Shown here piece after piece: positions 35,725-39,189 of a stretch of DNA of 39,189 nucleotides (positions within the stretch are counted from its first letter, which is position 1; every line of letters starts with the position of its first letter). The notes under the pieces are model-generated. The model was given only the letters and a program-made list of their open reading frames with translations, made no database searches and was not told the DNA's origin. This stretch comes from a virus (taxonomy: Duplodnaviria > Caudoviricetes), in IMG/VR virus record IMGVR_UViG_3300045837_000068, positions 1 through 39,189 of that record. One strand, given 5' to 3'. Made by a program: the position numbers and the translations under genes.

Positions 35725-35812
35725 CGACCGTGGGGGGGGGCGCCAAACTTCCGCGCGCGGCCTGGAGAGCGCCCGGCGCGCGCGTGCGCGCAAAGTCGAT
35801 AAGTGATTGAAA
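35725..35812. other. Probable cos/packaging region
   Basis: G9 run (35732..35740), then a GC-rich segment and an IHF-like TAAGTGATTGAAA (35800..35812), between HNH and TerS. This is the usual cos position in HK97-like phages. The exact cut site cannot be determined. Confidence 0.5.
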
Positions 35813-35826
35813 AGTAAAACTTTTTC

Positions 35827-36243
35827 ATGTCCAAAACGGCCAAGCCAACACTGATGCACCTGCTGGAGGGCACGTATGCGGCGACGAAGCACGGAAAGCG
35901 GCGCTTTGAGCCGATCCCGGCGGGCGAGCTGGGCGAGCCGCTGGAGCGCTGGCCTGCGGGCGGCGTCGAGCGGGCCGAGTGGGCGTGGGCGCTCGCGAGC
36001 TGTCCGGTGGGAATGCTGCGCGCGACCGACCGGCGAATGCTCATTGCGTGGTGCGATCTGACGGCGGCCTATGAAGCGGCGGTGAAACACGGGAAATCAC
36101 CGCTACCGGCGCTCGAAAAGCTGATGAGTCTGAGCGGAAAGCTGGGCTTCACGCCCACTTCGCGCACGCAGATTCAGACGGCGCAGCCGCAGACGGCCAC
36201 GGCGGATGACGACTGGGCGAAATTGAAGGCCAAAACGGGCTGA
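35827..36243 (+). CDS. terS: Terminase small subunit (P27-like)
   Basis: KPT.MHLLEGT, D..ML..WC and LGFTPTSR motifs; directly upstream of TerL. Confidence 0.88.
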   Translation: MSKTAKPTLMHLLEGTYAATKHGKRRFEPIPAGELGEPLERWPAGGVERAEWAWALASCPVGMLRATDRRMLIAWCDLTAAYEAAVKHGKSPLPALEKLMSLSGKLGFTPTSRTQIQTAQPQTATADDDWAKLKAKTG

Positions 36244-36248
36244 TAGCG

Positions 36249-37952
36249 ATGCTCGCGAGTGCGACGTACACGGATCGGGCGCTCGAATACGCGAATCAGA
36301 CGGTCGCGGGCGGGATTCCGGCGTGCAAATGGGCGAAACTCGCGTGCCAGCGGCAGATTGACGACCTCGCGCGTGAAAAAAGCGACAAAAACTGGCCTTT
36401 CTGGTTCGATTCCGACGCAGCCAACACGGTTTGCGACTTCATCGAGCACTTTTCCCACGTTCATGGCGTGTGGGCGCGCAAGCAAATGCGGCTGCGGCTC
36501 GAACCATTCCAGATTTTCATCGTTTCGACGGTCTTCGGCTGGAAAAAGCGCGAGCAGAAGACGCGGCGCTTCCGCGTGGCCTATATCGAGATCCCGCGAA
36601 AGAACGCGAAGTCGACATTAACGAGCGCGGTCGGGCTTTATCTGCTCGCGGCGGACCGGGAACCGGGCGCGCATGTGGTATCGGCGGCGGTCACGCGCAC
36701 TCAGGCCAAGATTGTATTCGCGGACGCGCAGCTGATGGCGAAGCGCGAGCCTGCGTTCCTGCGCCAGTACGGCGTGCAGGTGCGGGCGCACGCCATCACG
36801 CAGCCTGCGACCGGCTCGAAGTTCGAAGCCATCTCGGCGGAGTATCAGAACCTCGACGGGCTGAACGTGCATGCGGCGCTGATCGACGAACTGCACGCGC
36901 ACGATACGCGCGGCGTGTGGGACATCCTCGACACGGCCACCGGCTCGCGCGCGCAGCCATTGATCTGGGCCATCACCACGGCGGGCGTCAATCGCGCCTC
37001 GGTCTGCTGGGAACAGCGCGGCTATGTGACGGAAATTCTCCAGCGCATGCGCGAGGACGATAACTGGTTCGGCATCATCTACACCATCGACGACGGCGAC
37101 GATTACTTCGTCGAGGAGTCGTGGAAGAAAGCCAATCCGAACTATGGCGTCTCGATTTATCCCGATTCGCTCAAGAGCGAGGCGCGTCTCGCCCAGCAGT
37201 TGCCGAGCGCGCAGACCGCGTTTCTGACGAAGCACCTGAACGTATGGATCAACGCCGAGCATTCGTGGATCGACGTCCGGCGCTGGGAGGCCTGCGCGGA
37301 CAAGGCGCTTGAGATCGAGGACTTTGCCGGGGAAGCGGCCTTCGTCGGCATCGACCTCGCGCAGCGCTCGGATATCGCGGCGGTGGTGATCCTGTTTCCG
37401 CCATCGGCGGCGCGGTCCGACTGGGTCGTCTTTGGCCGTTACTATCTGCCCGAGGCCGTCGTCGAGCGTTCCGAGAACACGCATTATCAGGGCTGGCGTC
37501 GCATGGGGCGGCTCACGGTAACGGATGGCGACGTGATCGACGACGACTTCATTCTCGAAGACATCGTCGAGTGGCTGGAGGCTTACGACGTGCGCGAGAT
37601 CGGGCACGATCCCTGGCGCAGCCAGTCGCTCAAAAACTCGCTGATCGCGCGCGGCGTTCCGGAAGAAAAGATCATCGCGGTGCGCCAGCAGACGAAGGTT
37701 CTGAGTCCGAACATGATCGACCTCGAAGCCATGATCCTGAAGCGGCAGATCCGGCACGACGGCGATCCCATCATGACCTGGATGATGTCGAACGTCGTGA
37801 CGAAGCGGGACGCGAACGATAACCTGCATCCGCGCAAGGCCTCGGACGACAAGAAGATTGACGGCGTACTGGCGCTTTTGATCGCGCTCGACCGGGCGCA
37901 CCAGGATATCGAGGGCACGCCGGATTTCTCCGAAGGGCTTTACGTGATATGA
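36249..37952 (+). CDS. terL: Terminase large subunit
   Basis: LEPFQ, IPRKNAKS (Walker A), LIDELH (Walker B), ITTAG, GIDLA and KIDG motifs. Confidence 0.97.
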   Translation: MLASATYTDRALEYANQTVAGGIPACKWAKLACQRQIDDLAREKSDKNWPFWFDSDAANTVCDFIEHFSHVHGVWARKQMRLRLEPFQIFIVSTVFGWKKREQKTRRFRVAYIEIPRKNAKSTLTSAVGLYLLAADREPGAHVVSAAVTRTQAKIVFADAQLMAKREPAFLRQYGVQVRAHAITQPATGSKFEAISAEYQNLDGLNVHAALIDELHAHDTRGVWDILDTATGSRAQPLIWAITTAGVNRASVCWEQRGYVTEILQRMREDDNWFGIIYTIDDGDDYFVEESWKKANPNYGVSIYPDSLKSEARLAQQLPSAQTAFLTKHLNVWINAEHSWIDVRRWEACADKALEIEDFAGEAAFVGIDLAQRSDIAAVVILFPPSAARSDWVVFGRYYLPEAVVERSENTHYQGWRRMGRLTVTDGDVIDDDFILEDIVEWLEAYDVREIGHDPWRSQSLKNSLIARGVPEEKIIAVRQQTKVLSPNMIDLEAMILKRQIRHDGDPIMTWMMSNVVTKRDANDNLHPRKASDDKKIDGVLALLIALDRAHQDIEGTPDFSEGLYVI

Positions 37953-39189
37953 CGGCGACTGCGGAGCGAACGGAAAGGCTCACCGTGCGGCAACGCCTCG
38001 CCACGCTGCTCGGCAATGCGGCGGCGCGCGTGGGTGGACGCCAGGCGCAGGCCACGGTCGTGCCCATCATGGGCGAGGCGGCGAACGGCGCGGGCCAGGC
38101 TTCGGGGGCCATGCGCTCGGCGGCGGTGTGGGCCTGCTGCCGCATCATCTCGATGTCGATCTCGACTCTGCCGGTCTCGCTTTACCGCATCACGCCCACG
38201 GGCAAGGAGGAGGCGCGCGACCATCCGCTGTTCCGTCTGCTCACCGCCAATCCCAATCCGCAGATGTCGATTCACCAGTACTGGCAGGCGACGCTCATGC
38301 ATCTGCTTTTGTGGGGCAACGCCTACACCTTCATCGACCGGATCTCGGATGAAGTGATCGCGCTCTGGCCGCTCGCGCCCCAGCGGGTGCGCGTCGACTT
38401 CCAGGGCGAGCTGCCGATCTATCGCTACACCACGCGCAGCGGGCAGACGCGCATCGTCGATCCCGACAGCCTGATTCACTTTCGCGTGTTCACGCTCGAC
38501 GGCATGATGGGACTCTCCGTACTCGACTTCCATCGCATGACGACGGAGTTTGAGTATCTGATGAGTCAGTACGCGCAATCGATTTACATGAACGGCGGAC
38601 AGCCGGGCGGCGTGCTCGAATATCCGAAATCGCTCACGCCGCAACAGAAGACCGACATCGCGGAGAGCTGGCGGCGGGCGCATGGCGGGCCGCAGAACGT
38701 GGGCCGCATCGCCATTCTCGAAGGCGGCATGAAGTACACGCCGCTCGCGATCCCGCCCGATCAGCTCATGTATATCGACGAAAAGAAGTTCACCATCGAA
38801 CAGATCGCGCGCCTGTTCGGCGTCGCGCCGCATTTGATCGGCGCGCTCGACAAACCCACTTACGCCTCGGTTGAGCAGCAGTCGATTGAATTCGTTCGCT
38901 ACACCATCAATCCCTATGTGGTTTCGCTCGAACAGTCGGTCGAGACGGCGCTGCTCGAAGCGGGCGCGCTTGCGGGCGAAGGCGTGGTCTATCGCTTCAG
39001 TCTGCGCGGCTTCGAGCGTTCGGACATGACGACGCGCTATCGCGGCTACGCCACCGGGCGGCAGTGGGGCTGGTTGAGCGCAAACGAGATCCGGCGCGAT
39101 GAGGACATGAACGAGATCCCCGGCGGCAATGCTTTTCTTTCGCCGCTCAACATGCAATCGGTCGGCTCGGGCGCGCAGCATGAGCCGCA
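37949..39189 (+). CDS. HK97-family portal protein (continues into 128..197; 436 aa in total)
   Basis: Hand translation from the ATG at 37949 gives AVWACCRIIS..ISTLP, HPL..LL...PNP, LWGNAY, IARLFGVAPHLIG and ..EQQ. It is missing from the ORF track because no stop occurs before the window end. Confidence 0.95.
   Translation, partial: MTATAERTERLTVRQRLATLLGNAAARVGGRQAQATVVPIMGEAANGAGQASGAMRSAAVWACCRIISMSISTLPVSLYRITPTGKEEARDHPLFRLLTANPNPQMSIHQYWQATLMHLLLWGNAYTFIDRISDEVIALWPLAPQRVRVDFQGELPIYRYTTRSGQTRIVDPDSLIHFRVFTLDGMMGLSVLDFHRMTTEFEYLMSQYAQSIYMNGGQPGGVLEYPKSLTPQQKTDIAESWRRAHGGPQNVGRIAILEGGMKYTPLAIPPDQLMYIDEKKFTIEQIARLFGVAPHLIGALDKPTYASVEQQSIEFVRYTINPYVVSLEQSVETALLEAGALAGEGVVYRFSLRGFERSDMTTRYRGYATGRQWGWLSANEIRRDEDMNEIPGGNAFLSPLNMQSVGSGAQHEP

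Larger units (their letters stand above)
1..39189. mobile_element. Complete temperate siphovirus-like phage genome in circular (excised, attP-intact) form
   Basis: Head, tail, lysogeny, recombination and replication modules are all present. The ends overlap by 127 nt, the portal ORF is continuous across the join, and attP is intact next to the integrase. Confidence 0.95.

Noticed and set aside
39063-39189. 127-bp direct terminal repeat as a biological DTR
   Set aside because: It falls mid-portal gene and equals a common assembler k-mer length. The HNH/TerS/TerL set points to cos packaging elsewhere.

Overview
The window is an apparently complete, circularly assembled temperate siphophage genome of 39,062 unique bp. 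The first 127 nt repeat the last 127 nt, and the portal gene runs across the join. Gene order: HNH, TerS, TerL, HK97-type portal, protease, capsid, neck, BACON-tipped major tail protein, tail chaperone with a -1 frameshift, 2100-aa tape measure, malectin-decorated tail hub, tail fibre, a divergent XRE repressor/Cro-like switch, YqaJ/RecT-like recombination genes, an MT-A70 methyltransferase with a PD-(D/E)xK nuclease, excisionase, tyrosine integrase, an intact attP (3' half of tRNA-Leu(TAG)), VRR-NUC, a primase-type Zn-finger protein, an AAA helicase, an iteron-rich origin, small early genes and a stand-alone four-malectin protein. The host is probably an Acidobacteriota (Bryobacterales-like) bacterium, inferred from domain style only. 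The most unusual features are: seven malectin glycan-binding domains in two proteins; two apparently circularly permuted domains in adjacent tail proteins; a non-coding array of about 18 degenerate ~23-nt hairpin-plus-U-tract units before the packaging genes; a ~600-nt CGA/TCG-rich tract before the presumed cos; a capsid-like peptide on the head-tail connector; and no recognisable lysis genes. All calls come from reading motifs and synteny by eye; no database searches were run.
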